Positions 34,997 to 43,979 of a stretch of 64,000 bases of DNA are shown here, in pieces (position 1 is the first letter of the stretch; every line of letters starts with the position of its first letter). Origin of the DNA: a virus. The notes under the pieces are model-generated. The model was not told the DNA's origin and did not search any database. It saw nothing but the letters and a program-made list of their open reading frames with translations. Location of the stretch: the IMG/VR virus record IMGVR_UViG_3300032238_001058, positions 1-64,000 of that record. One strand, given 5' to 3'. The position numbers and the translations under genes are program-made.

Positions 34997-35059
34997 CTGG
35001 CATTGCAACGCATGTAAGACCAGCCAACTGGACGCAGATCTATGATCTATGGGTGCCAG
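34997..35059 (+). ncRNA. two-hairpin structured leader upstream of a small peptide ORF
   Basis: CTGG-CAT-TGC-AAC-GCA-TGTAAG-A-CCAG then CTGG-ACG-CAGATC-TAT-GATCTA-TGGGTG-CCAG. Confidence 0.55.
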
Positions 35060-35077
35060 TGTTGTCGCTTTAAACCA

Positions 35078-35194
35078 ATGATTCTCTGCCCTAAGTTTGT
35101 TAAACGTACTTTGACTTATCTAGCTACGGCCCTTGCGCTGCAAACCGTATTTATCCCTGGTCTCAAAGCAAGTTCAAATTGGGTAGGAGAATAA
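35078..35194 (+). CDS. 38-aa signal-peptide-like ORF
   Basis: MILCPKFVKRTLTYLATALALQTVFIPGLKASSNWVGE*; fills the intergenic gap. Confidence 0.6.
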   Translation: MILCPKFVKRTLTYLATALALQTVFIPGLKASSNWVGE

Positions 35195-35204
35195 GGCAAT
35201 CAAG

Positions 35205-35906
35205 ATGACTGAACGCGAACTATTACAAAGTTACGTATCAAAACCAGCCACTCAAAATGCATTGCGTGTTATTCGCTTTGCAGAAGGTACTGAACGTGGC
35301 GGGCCTGATTCTTATCGCGTTATGCTTGGCGGCGGTCTCGCTCCAGATTTAAAACAACATCCGGGCAAAGTTATCAAAAGCGGTCGTTACGCAAGTGACG
35401 CTGCAGGTGCTTATCAGTTTTTATCAACAACTTGGGACGCACAAGCAAAAGCTTTGGGGCTATCTGATTTCAGTGCTCCGAATCAAGATCTTGCCGCAAC
35501 TCGACTTCTACGAAATCGGTTAATGCCGATTGGGGGGTTATCCACTTTAGAAAAAGAAGGATTCAGTCCTCGCGTATCTGCAGCATTGGCACCTGAGTGG
35601 GCATCTTTACCTACTGAAAGCGGCAAAAGCTATTACGGACAACCTGTCAAAAATCTTTCTGAATTACAGAAAGTTTATGGGCAAGTTGCCACACCTTCTT
35701 CCACTGCGCAACAACAATCTGGTAGTGGGCAGGACACATCTTCTGGTAGTTTTCTTCAAGGGTTTTTGTCGGCAATGACTGATAATCAACCTAAGGAACT
35801 TTCTGTTACAGATTTGGTAAAGCAAGAACTAATGGCAAAACTTCTGTCGCCTCCTTCAGAAATGAACCCACTTGATTTTTTAGCTAATATGAGACCTTAT
35901 GGTTAA
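35205..35906 (+). CDS. lambda-R-like (GH104) muramidase/lytic transglycosylase
   Basis: IRFAEGT, SDAAGAYQFLSTTW, QD, LAPEWASLP. Confidence 0.85.
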   Translation: MTERELLQSYVSKPATQNALRVIRFAEGTERGGPDSYRVMLGGGLAPDLKQHPGKVIKSGRYASDAAGAYQFLSTTWDAQAKALGLSDFSAPNQDLAATRLLRNRLMPIGGLSTLEKEGFSPRVSAALAPEWASLPTESGKSYYGQPVKNLSELQKVYGQVATPSSTAQQQSGSGQDTSSGSFLQGFLSAMTDNQPKELSVTDLVKQELMAKLLSPPSEMNPLDFLANMRPYG

Positions 35907-35948
35907 ATCACGTTAGAATTGGAAAATCAGTAAAAGCGCAGTAGAACA

Positions 35949-36728
35949 TTGAGTTCGACATCGACAAACAAACAACCTCTGTTGGTTGATCGCCCACTGT
36001 TTGATTCAGTGCGTGTAACTACTCAAACCGTAGGTAGTGCATCTTCTAATACGTTGTTTGTCCAGGGGGGCCAAGCACCTTCCATCTTGGTGGACATGGA
36101 TGCTTCCTTGAGTGAAGATAATAACAGTGGTGGTGTGGTTGATTCCATCAGTATTGTCCGCAATGATTACTACCGTGATCCGGACTATACGGTAGCCACC
36201 ACAACTTCTGGCACGCCCATTTCGTTGACCAGTGGTCAAATTGTTTTTATTTCTCAAACTGGCGTTCTTGCTACTCCTGCGCAAAGCGGGTATGGTTATT
36301 ACACTTACACAGGGGCAACCACTTTAACGGGCATCAACACCAGCTTGATTTATTCAGGCGGTATTGCCAGTGGATTTAGTTACAACGGAATTAAATACGG
36401 ATACCAGCCTGAAGTTACCTTTGTGGTTTATCAAACCCGTGGTACAACTACGCCAATCCCTGCTTCTGGCGACTACAAAATTGTGTTTGCCAAACGACTG
36501 CCGGCCGATGCTCAAGAGGTTGATTGCTCTGACGTAATGCCTCAATTGGCTACACCTGTTGTTTCCGCAGGTAATACAAATGGACTTGGTCAAACTGCGC
36601 CTTTACGCAATAAAGGAATCTATCTAGAACGTGGCGATCGTCTTTATGTAGGTGTATTCCCTGATGGTCCCAATATTTCTGGATATACCCCTGGTGCGCA
36701 CGTTTATGCGCAAGGCGGATTTTTCTAA
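35949..36728 (+). CDS. tail structural protein
   Basis: beta-rich S/T/G composition; late module. Confidence 0.65.
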   Translation: MSSTSTNKQPLLVDRPLFDSVRVTTQTVGSASSNTLFVQGGQAPSILVDMDASLSEDNNSGGVVDSISIVRNDYYRDPDYTVATTTSGTPISLTSGQIVFISQTGVLATPAQSGYGYYTYTGATTLTGINTSLIYSGGIASGFSYNGIKYGYQPEVTFVVYQTRGTTTPIPASGDYKIVFAKRLPADAQEVDCSDVMPQLATPVVSAGNTNGLGQTAPLRNKGIYLERGDRLYVGVFPDGPNISGYTPGAHVYAQGGFF

Positions 36729-36731
36729 ACT

Positions 36732-38192
36732 ATGTCGCCCAAGAAAGGTGATCTTTTTGGTAACTTCAACCAAAAAATCGAATTTCAACCAGCGTCTATC
36801 AAACCAATAACTACCGAGTTTTCTCGTGGTGCCGTACCTGACTCCATTGTTGCAATGGATAGGGAATCATCTTGGGCACGGTGGCGTCGTGGATATGAAC
36901 TGTCTGTAACGGTAGGAATTCAACGGGGATTAACATTCCCCTTCCGTTACACAATGCCAACACCACCAGGAACTACGGTACCCCCTGGCAACCAACCGTT
37001 AATTGTTGGTGTTGTACAAGGATTTCCAACTTCAAACAGAGAGTTTGCAATTCATTGGACCGGCTGTCGTGTTGGTGCTTTACTCCGTTTTGATAATGTT
37101 TTTGATTCCACTGGTACTAGGGCAAGCGTTGCTTCCATAACTGAAGACGCAGATAACTGGTATGTACAACTGGCTGGCACCTGGAGCAGCAGCAACCCGC
37201 TCCCAGCCCCTCTCTACGTGCCCCCAGTGGGCGGCAATGCGGCACTTAAACCACTGAACGGCGAGATCGTTGAGGACCGCCTCCTGGAGCCTGGTGGGAC
37301 TCCTCTGACAAGTGATACGTTAAACGCCGCCACCAACAAAAAATATGGGTATGTACAGGCTTTACTTCTGGATGTAAATGGAACATCTGGTGTTCTTACA
37401 TTAAAGAAAGCAGGATCTTTTGAATCAACGCCAGACGGTGTTTTTATTACACCAGCAAGCCGCCCTCCGGCCATCAATAGATTCTTGACACTTGGTACAA
37501 GGTACGCATGTACTTGCCAAGATTTTAGTCGTCGTAGCTATGCGTATTTCCGTGACATGTTAGGGAGTTCTACCAAGAGATTTCCTTATACAAAACCTTC
37601 ATCTTTAAAGTACGGCCGGCACGAGTTAATTACAAACTCTGATGGCAGCATCAATAACAATGCTGTCACTAATGAAGACGTAAATAGAAAACTTACTCTT
37701 ACTTTTGAATCTCTTGATAACCCTGGTTTGTTTAGGGATTTTGGTGGACGATATCTTCGTAATGTTCCAAGTGCAGGAGCAGCAGAAGGCCCTGGTACTT
37801 TTGTTGACTACAAGGCAGTTAACAATCAGATTGTTAGTTTTGATGATTACTGGACGCCGTTGTTAGATGAGATGCGTTACTGCAAACACATCTACGCATT
37901 ACGTTTCCAAGAAGGTATCATCCTTCCAGAACCGTCTGACGTACCTATTGACATGGAGGAGGGAATGGTGCGATGGGAGCAAAAGCTAGTTAATGAATCA
38001 AGTGTTATGAAAAAACATGCTGAATATGTTGATTCTGTTAATGGCCTTAAGTACATGGATTTGCCTCCAAGTAATTTCCAATCTCCACAAGTACTTCCAA
38101 TGATGCAAAAACTTTTAAACGTTCCGACTAGTTTTATTAAACGTGCTAACTTTGAAATACAACGAAAAGACGGAGCGTTCACCAGTGGCTGA
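36732..38192 (+). CDS. hypothetical protein with split SWIM-like zinc finger
   Basis: YACTCQDF ... YCKHIYAL. Confidence 0.65.
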   Translation: MSPKKGDLFGNFNQKIEFQPASIKPITTEFSRGAVPDSIVAMDRESSWARWRRGYELSVTVGIQRGLTFPFRYTMPTPPGTTVPPGNQPLIVGVVQGFPTSNREFAIHWTGCRVGALLRFDNVFDSTGTRASVASITEDADNWYVQLAGTWSSSNPLPAPLYVPPVGGNAALKPLNGEIVEDRLLEPGGTPLTSDTLNAATNKKYGYVQALLLDVNGTSGVLTLKKAGSFESTPDGVFITPASRPPAINRFLTLGTRYACTCQDFSRRSYAYFRDMLGSSTKRFPYTKPSSLKYGRHELITNSDGSINNNAVTNEDVNRKLTLTFESLDNPGLFRDFGGRYLRNVPSAGAAEGPGTFVDYKAVNNQIVSFDDYWTPLLDEMRYCKHIYALRFQEGIILPEPSDVPIDMEEGMVRWEQKLVNESSVMKKHAEYVDSVNGLKYMDLPPSNFQSPQVLPMMQKLLNVPTSFIKRANFEIQRKDGAFTSG

Positions 38193-38406
38193 ATTTGGAG
38201 ATGTAGTAGAAACTAAATACGTTTTATCCCCTGAACAATTAGGTACTAGTGCCTTTGGTAACAGCACGGTTTACTACAGTGGCAGTCCAATTGTCTATTC
38301 TCCTGGAGATGTGGTTAATTTTCCCTATACCAGTGGAGAACTTTCTACAATGGAAGCAGTTGGTTTAGCCTGGAGCGCATATGCAAGCGGCATTGAACCA
38401 GCATAA
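38175..38406 (+). CDS. hypothetical protein (start approximate)
   Basis: ORF overlapping the end of the previous gene. Confidence 0.55.
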
Positions 38407-38437
38407 AAAAACAGCCCCGAATTAACGGAGCTGTTGT
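38405..38437. terminator. bidirectional terminator between convergent genes
   Basis: AAAAAA-ACAGCCCCG-AATTAA-CGGAGCTGT-TGTT. Confidence 0.6.
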
Positions 38438-38454
38438 TCCCCTCTTTTTAGGAC

Positions 38455-38688
38455 TTACGCAACGGCGGTAAGCTCTTTTTGTTTAGCAAGGTGTTTACGT
38501 ACTGCATTTACATTCCACAGATAGCTATCCCTGGAGCGAGTAGAAGGAAATGCTGCAAAATGCGGGCCAAGCTTTAAGGTGCCGTCATCGCGGTATTTAA
38601 AAAGCGTCTTGCGGTCAATGCCAAGAAGCTCCTCTGCTTGCTGAACAGAGACCCAGCCCGGATGCTTAGCCATAAAGGTGGCAGTCAT
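38455..38688 (-). CDS. MerR/excisionase-like HTH protein
   Basis: WVSVQQAEELLGIDRKTLFKYR..G.LK.G.HF. Confidence 0.75.
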   Translation of the reverse strand: MTATFMAKHPGWVSVQQAEELLGIDRKTLFKYRDDGTLKLGPHFAAFPSTRSRDSYLWNVNAVRKHLAKQKELTAVA

Positions 38689-38800
38689 TACCTCTGTACC
38701 TTACACGACAAGACTGATCCGTCAACCGTCTTAAACAAATTTTTATCTTTTGTCTTTTGAAGGAAAAACGCATAGGGAAATTAGAATCAATTAACGGCAA

Positions 38801-39166
38801 TTGAAGAGCATGTTTTGCAGCCAGCACGAGCCCCTTGCCCTGCTAGTTGAATTAACCCCAAAACTTGCCAAGAAACGATTTAGAGAAAGTATATATCAAG
38901 CTTGGGATTGTAAATGTGTTTATTGCGAAGAACAGGCCACAAGCCTGGATCATGTTGTACCACGATTTAAATCTGGCTGCTCTAATAGGAATAACCTGGT
39001 GCCTGCATGTACTAAATGCAATGCAAATAAAGCATCATCTGAAATGGAACTATGGTACCGTCAACAGTCTTTTTTTACGGAAGAAAAGCTAAGTAGAATA
39101 AAAGCTTGGATGAAGCCCGAAGGTTTCACTTTGATTGATTTACAGCTACATAAAGAAGCATCATGA
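38801..39166 (+). CDS. HNH endonuclease (McrA-like)
   Basis: CVYC...SLDHVVPR..G...NNLVPACTKCNANK. Confidence 0.88.
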   Translation: MKSMFCSQHEPLALLVELTPKLAKKRFRESIYQAWDCKCVYCEEQATSLDHVVPRFKSGCSNRNNLVPACTKCNANKASSEMELWYRQQSFFTEEKLSRIKAWMKPEGFTLIDLQLHKEAS

Positions 39167-41376
39167 TTCGTTTTGAAAACGTAGGCGGTTTATTAAAACC
39201 TGTTCTGCCTAATGACGCAACAAACGATGAAGTTACGGTTGCGGAAACGATTGCACAACGCTTTAACGGCATTCAAGGCCCTGGCGAAAACTATAAAACA
39301 TTAATGGAGTCTCTTGATCAGACTCTTCAAAAAAACAACAGCAATGCCAAAAACTATATTGATGATGAAACAATTGCAACGGTTGAGAATTTTTACCAAA
39401 AAGCAACTGGTATACAGCCATGGGATTCTTCTAAACAAGGAGTTTCACTTGACAAATTTGATCCAAAGTTCTATGCAAAGCAAGTTCCAAAAGAAGTTCA
39501 GAGCTGGAATAATGCATCTACCTCTGTTTCATTTGCTGGCAAAAAAATTCCAGACATTGACATTACAAAAAAGTATCCGGATTTAGATTCATTTTTGCAC
39601 GCAGACTATACATTTGTTGGCGCTCCTGCTGGGCGTTTAGGTAAACCTAAACCCCTGGAAACTTACACAGAAACTTTACGGCCTCCTACTGATGCCGAGC
39701 GACAAATACTACGTGAAATATTGTTGAGCAAAACAACTGAAAGACCTACTTCTATTGCTGAGTTAGCCACGCAAAAGTACGTTGATACACAAGGAGAAAA
39801 AACATTTGGCGCTTTGTCAGCTGATGTTTTAAAACAAACTCTTGATGAATACGGTAAAGCTCTTAAAGAACAAGGCATGGTTGACATGCTTCAAGGCATG
39901 GGCATGCCCAATGTCAACAACTTTAAGCAAGACATTAAGAACTCAATTCTTGGGGATGTGGGCGCTGGTGGGTACATGGGCTTTGGAAGTGATTCCAAAT
40001 CAGGTAAAAAATTATCAGACAGTTTGGACCGCAGTCTTGGCATAGGTTCATCCGTCCAATACAACTGGCAGAAATGGTTTGACGAAACCTTGACAAAACG
40101 ATATCAAACAATTTCTGAAGTCAGGGACCCAGTGGATGCATCTAAGGTTTACAAGATTGAAAAAGAATTTGCTAACTCTTTTGTTCAAAATTACTTGAAG
40201 CCTAGATTTGATACGTCAAAATCCATAGCTGAGTTTGTTAGTTACATGGACGTTAAAAATAACGAGCAAAATGTTTTGCAAACACAACTTGCCTCAAGTG
40301 CTTTAAAAGATTTTGCCAATAACCAAGCGCAAGCATATATTAATCAACTTGGTTCCAAAGCAACACAAAAAGAATTTGACCCTAGTTTCTACTGGAATCC
40401 CGAACTGCTTTCAGGAACTGATCAAACAGGTAAAAGTAATTTATATACACAGCAAAAACAAGAAGTTCAAAGTTCCTGGGACGCACGCAACAGTGATCAA
40501 GTTATAAAAGACGGAAAAACCTGGGGTCAACTTGCTTATGAATATGGAATTAATCTAGAAGATAAAAATGATTTTGCCCGTCTACATTATGTTGTACTTG
40601 GTAAAGATAAAAACTATGACCCAGTTGCTGACTCATATTCCACAAAAGATTTAGCTGCATTTATTCAGGGTCCTCTTGCAGATGCTTTACAGAGTCAAAA
40701 AACTTCTTTTGGTAATCCTGTATTTCTTGGTTTTGTTTCAGCAGAACAAAAAGCTAAGGAATTTGTAGACAAGTTAAATGTTTCAAGCTTGCCAGCAGAT
40801 CTTCAAACAAAATTAACAGATCTTGGCTACAACACAAAAACAGATTCTACTGATGAAATTAAAAGCGCTTTGGTGAATATTTTAAGTACTGATCCAGCGA
40901 TTGATATCCGTGCACGCATTAAAGAGTTAAACGAACAAAAGATTAAACCAACGCAAGAACAACTTGGGGCAGGATATATTCAACGTGATACCGATCAAAA
41001 AGTTGAAGCGCCTGCAGGGGGTAGCGCACTGTTTAAGATCTTTCAAAAAGCAGGGTATGGTGGAAATGAATCGGAGTTTTATACTGAGTTTTTTCCCGAC
41101 GCCACTGAAGAGGATAAGAGTTTGAATATTTTGAGTTCAGGACAAAAAAGCTCGTCTAAAGATTTGCAAAACTTGATGGGATTTAATTTACCTGACCTTT
41201 CAGATCCGTTTGTTGCAATGACTTCAATTGATAACATGCTTTCTGATGATACTATAAAAAAGAAAGAAACGTATAAACCGACTCGCTCTAGTTACTTTGA
41301 TTACTTTACAGACGAAAAAGATGAAGGTGCTCCTTCTCTCTTTGGTGGAACTGGCCTTGGTTCATTCTTTGGTTAA
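39163..41376 (+). CDS. large hypothetical (virion) protein
   Basis: 737-aa ORF. Confidence 0.75.
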   Translation: MIRFENVGGLLKPVLPNDATNDEVTVAETIAQRFNGIQGPGENYKTLMESLDQTLQKNNSNAKNYIDDETIATVENFYQKATGIQPWDSSKQGVSLDKFDPKFYAKQVPKEVQSWNNASTSVSFAGKKIPDIDITKKYPDLDSFLHADYTFVGAPAGRLGKPKPLETYTETLRPPTDAERQILREILLSKTTERPTSIAELATQKYVDTQGEKTFGALSADVLKQTLDEYGKALKEQGMVDMLQGMGMPNVNNFKQDIKNSILGDVGAGGYMGFGSDSKSGKKLSDSLDRSLGIGSSVQYNWQKWFDETLTKRYQTISEVRDPVDASKVYKIEKEFANSFVQNYLKPRFDTSKSIAEFVSYMDVKNNEQNVLQTQLASSALKDFANNQAQAYINQLGSKATQKEFDPSFYWNPELLSGTDQTGKSNLYTQQKQEVQSSWDARNSDQVIKDGKTWGQLAYEYGINLEDKNDFARLHYVVLGKDKNYDPVADSYSTKDLAAFIQGPLADALQSQKTSFGNPVFLGFVSAEQKAKEFVDKLNVSSLPADLQTKLTDLGYNTKTDSTDEIKSALVNILSTDPAIDIRARIKELNEQKIKPTQEQLGAGYIQRDTDQKVEAPAGGSALFKIFQKAGYGGNESEFYTEFFPDATEEDKSLNILSSGQKSSSKDLQNLMGFNLPDLSDPFVAMTSIDNMLSDDTIKKKETYKPTRSSYFDYFTDEKDEGAPSLFGGTGLGSFFG

Positions 41377-41381
41377 CAACT

Positions 41382-41753
41382 ATGTCAGATAAATCACGTA
41401 AAGCAGCCAGTGCCGCCAAGCTCCACAAAGACTCTATGGAGTGCAACAAACCAAGGAAAACTCCAAGTCATCCAACTAAAAGCCATGTTGTAAAAGCATG
41501 TAAAGACGGCAAAGAAAAAATTATTCACTTTGGTCAACAAGGTGTAGTGGGCGCTGGTAAACATCCAAAAACAGAAAAGGACAAGGCACGCAAAAGATCT
41601 TATTACGCCAGGCATAACGCACAAGATGCAAACCCGGATATCATGTCAGCTCGGTACTGGAGCAATAAAGTAAAGTGGATGATCCTAGGTGGTATACTAG
41701 GGGCTGATGCAATTACCCAATGTCTTCACAGCATTGGAACTATGTTGACGTAA
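41382..41753 (+). CDS. conserved basic phage protein
   Basis: KSHVVKA...EKIIHFGQQG...RKRSYYARH...SARYWS.KVKW. Confidence 0.75.
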   Translation: MSDKSRKAASAAKLHKDSMECNKPRKTPSHPTKSHVVKACKDGKEKIIHFGQQGVVGAGKHPKTEKDKARKRSYYARHNAQDANPDIMSARYWSNKVKWMILGGILGADAITQCLHSIGTMLT

Positions 41754-42145
41754 GGTGTTTTACCTGTGCTAAAGAAGCAAAAATAAGAATAGATCAATTT
41801 AATCGTCGAGGAAAAACCTGGGAATGCAGATCTTGCGCTTACAAAGGAAAAAAACTTAGCGTGCAAAATCCTTCCGCTCGCCATGATTCAATTAAAAAAG
41901 GAGCCTGGAGCAGTTATTACAAAGCAAAAAGGAGGTGCACTTCGGGTCATTATGGTTATTACACAAACATCGAGTTCAGATTTGATTCTTTTGACGAGTT
42001 TTATGCAGAATTGGGGCCAAGAACAGAGGGGATGAGCCTAGATCGTATCGATAACTTTGGGCATTACGAACCAGGTAACGTTAGATGGGCCACTCATCAA
42101 GAGCAGTGTAACAACCGGCGTGCTCGCGGCTCTGTTTCCAGGTAA
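41720..42145 (+). CDS. free-standing HNH homing endonuclease
   Basis: MSLDRIDNFGHYEPGNVRWAT..EQ.NN. Confidence 0.85.
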   Translation: MSSQHWNYVDVRCFTCAKEAKIRIDQFNRRGKTWECRSCAYKGKKLSVQNPSARHDSIKKGAWSSYYKAKRRCTSGHYGYYTNIEFRFDSFDEFYAELGPRTEGMSLDRIDNFGHYEPGNVRWATHQEQCNNRRARGSVSR

Positions 42146-42171
42146 AGTAGTGACGCCAACTCCTTTCCGTC

Positions 42172-42294
42172 ATGGCAAAACCCAAATCAGTCACAGTCCG
42201 TCTTGAGTCCAAACCGAAGCGCACCAGACAAGGTCAGGGCAGGCACTCCTTGCCTAGCCACGGACGTAAACTGTCTCGCGGTCAAGGCAGGTAA
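42172..42294 (+). CDS. 40-aa basic cyanophage peptide
   Basis: MAKPKSVTVRLESKPKRTRQGQGRHSLPSHGRKLSRGQGR*. Confidence 0.65.
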   Translation: MAKPKSVTVRLESKPKRTRQGQGRHSLPSHGRKLSRGQGR

Positions 42295-42305
42295 ATTGTG
42301 TATGA

Positions 42306-42989
42306 TTGGAAGTAATAGTAGTTACTTCCATGACGGATTTTTCGCATGCCGTTAACCTAATTCGTAAATACGAAGGGTTTAACGAAAAAGCGTACTCTAA
42401 TCTGTCGTCAGGTGGCGAACCATATACCATCGGGTTTGGAACTCAGTTCTATCCCGATGGTTCTCCTGTTAAACGCGGCCAATGCTGTAGCCAAGAGAAA
42501 GCTTTAGAGTATCTTTACCATGAGCTTTCTGTCATTGATACACAGCTTTCTAAATTAAACCTTGGCTTGGACAGCAGTATGCGGCAAGCGCTTCTTTCGT
42601 TTGTGCATTCAGTTGGCTGGGAAGCATTTTTGTATGGGCGGATAATTGATTGTATTGAGCATGAAAATTTTTATGCTGCTACAGAAGAGATGGGCCGTTG
42701 GGTTTTTGATGAGGACCATCAAGTAATCGGAGGTTTACTTCACAGGCGTCGTGAAGAGGTCCAGCTTTTTCTTAAAGAGATTGACGTAAACCCTTGGTCT
42801 TCCACAGACGTACTGCTTGCGGCATTCCGAAACTACACTGCTGCCCCGCACCAAGTAAAAGCCATTCGCTCCCTGGAGCAAAACCTTAGTCCTTACGTCA
42901 TAGCACAGTTTGCTAACGAGTTTCAAATAGATGATGACCCCTGGGACGACTACACCAACGATGACGTTCCTTTAGAATTCAGTAGCTAG
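42306..42989 (+). CDS. GH24 (T4/P21-type) lysozyme with C-terminal accessory domain
   Basis: LIRKYEG...AY...TIGFGT...ALLSF...GL..RR.EE. Confidence 0.85.
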   Translation: MEVIVVTSMTDFSHAVNLIRKYEGFNEKAYSNLSSGGEPYTIGFGTQFYPDGSPVKRGQCCSQEKALEYLYHELSVIDTQLSKLNLGLDSSMRQALLSFVHSVGWEAFLYGRIIDCIEHENFYAATEEMGRWVFDEDHQVIGGLLHRRREEVQLFLKEIDVNPWSSTDVLLAAFRNYTAAPHQVKAIRSLEQNLSPYVIAQFANEFQIDDDPWDDYTNDDVPLEFSS

Positions 42990-43013
42990 GTTTAGAATAC
43001 TTGCAGTAAAAAG

Positions 43014-43316
43014 ATGCAGAGCGGAATGGAGCGGTCAGTTGAGCCCAGGGAATTTGAACTTCCTTTGGAACTCCAGTTTGCAATGCGTAAAGCAGAACTT
43101 CAGGCTCAAGAGATGACCTGGGACGAGCTTCACGCCGCTTTGTTAAATCTGTACCACCAACGTTTGATGGAATGGTACGCCATTCGAGACATCATGGCGT
43201 CTGAAAACATTGAAATCGATTGGGATCACCCAACTGATATTGAGTTAGCTGAACTCGCCGCCACATGTTTTTACGACGACGAGGATGATGATGAGGAAAA
43301 GTTACAGCCGTTTTGA
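43014..43316 (+). CDS. nblA: NblA-like phycobilisome degradation protein
   Basis: LPLELQFAMRKAELQAQEMTWDEL..ALLNLYHQRL matches NblA LxLEQxF...V..MS.EQ...L..LY.Q pattern. Confidence 0.65.
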   Translation: MQSGMERSVEPREFELPLELQFAMRKAELQAQEMTWDELHAALLNLYHQRLMEWYAIRDIMASENIEIDWDHPTDIELAELAATCFYDDEDDDEEKLQPF

Positions 43317-43317
43317 A

Positions 43318-43794
43318 CTACTCTAGTTCAATTAGACGTGTTAGGTACCACTGCGCTTTCTTCAGTGATTCTGTCCCGCCTTTATATTTCTCACGCCAAA
43401 CATACTTGGCAATATTACCCTTTAGGTATCCGCGATATTCTTCGGCGGTTAGCTGTGCCTCGATTGCTTCGATGCATTCAATCTCTCCGTCAGTGTAATG
43501 TGAAGGGTGATTAACTACATCTTTTTGGATGGAAGGGGTTGAACTTGTTGTTATTGCCCAGGGGACTGGGCAGACTCCATCTTTGCATTCATCACTTTCT
43601 ATCGGAGCAAACCACGCCGTTTCGCCGAAAACAGCTGTTCCTTTTCGTCCGGTGCTCCCAAATCCAGCACTAACGTCTTGGGTTTTGGTGACGCTCCCAT
43701 CGCCATCCCCTGCTCCATCGAAGGGATGTAACCCGTCGTTCCGAGCCGTGCTCCCTCTAGATTCAGTGGATTCCTTTCCAGACCTTGCTCGCAT
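43318..43794 (-). CDS. DUF3310 domain protein (start uncertain)
   Basis: DVVNHPSHYT.G.IECIEAI...GYLKGNIAKYVWR...KGG.ESLKKAQWYL. Confidence 0.85.
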   Translation of the reverse strand: MRARSGKESTESRGSTARNDGLHPFDGAGDGDGSVTKTQDVSAGFGSTGRKGTAVFGETAWFAPIESDECKDGVCPVPWAITTSSTPSIQKDVVNHPSHYTDGEIECIEAIEAQLTAEEYRGYLKGNIAKYVWREKYKGGTESLKKAQWYLTRLIELE

Positions 43795-43943
43795 AACGCC
43801 AGACCCCTGTTGTACATGTCATACAATGGTACATCATTTTCTTCGTTGGCGAGAGGAGCTTCAAAATCTTCCTCATTAAGACAACGGCAATCCAATTCAT
43901 CTTGTACAAAACTATCTAAAAACCCTGCGGCAGAATGCATCAT
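43599..43943 (-). CDS. acidic hypothetical protein overlapping the DUF3310 ORF
   Basis: ORF. Confidence 0.6.
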   Translation of the reverse strand: MMHSAAGFLDSFVQDELDCRCLNEEDFEAPLANEENDVPLYDMYNRGLALCEQGLERNPLNLEGARLGTTGYIPSMEQGMAMGASPKPKTLVLDLGAPDEKEQLFSAKRRGLLR

Positions 43944-43979
43944 GGTGTTTAAGCGATTTACGTCTCTTACAATGATAAG

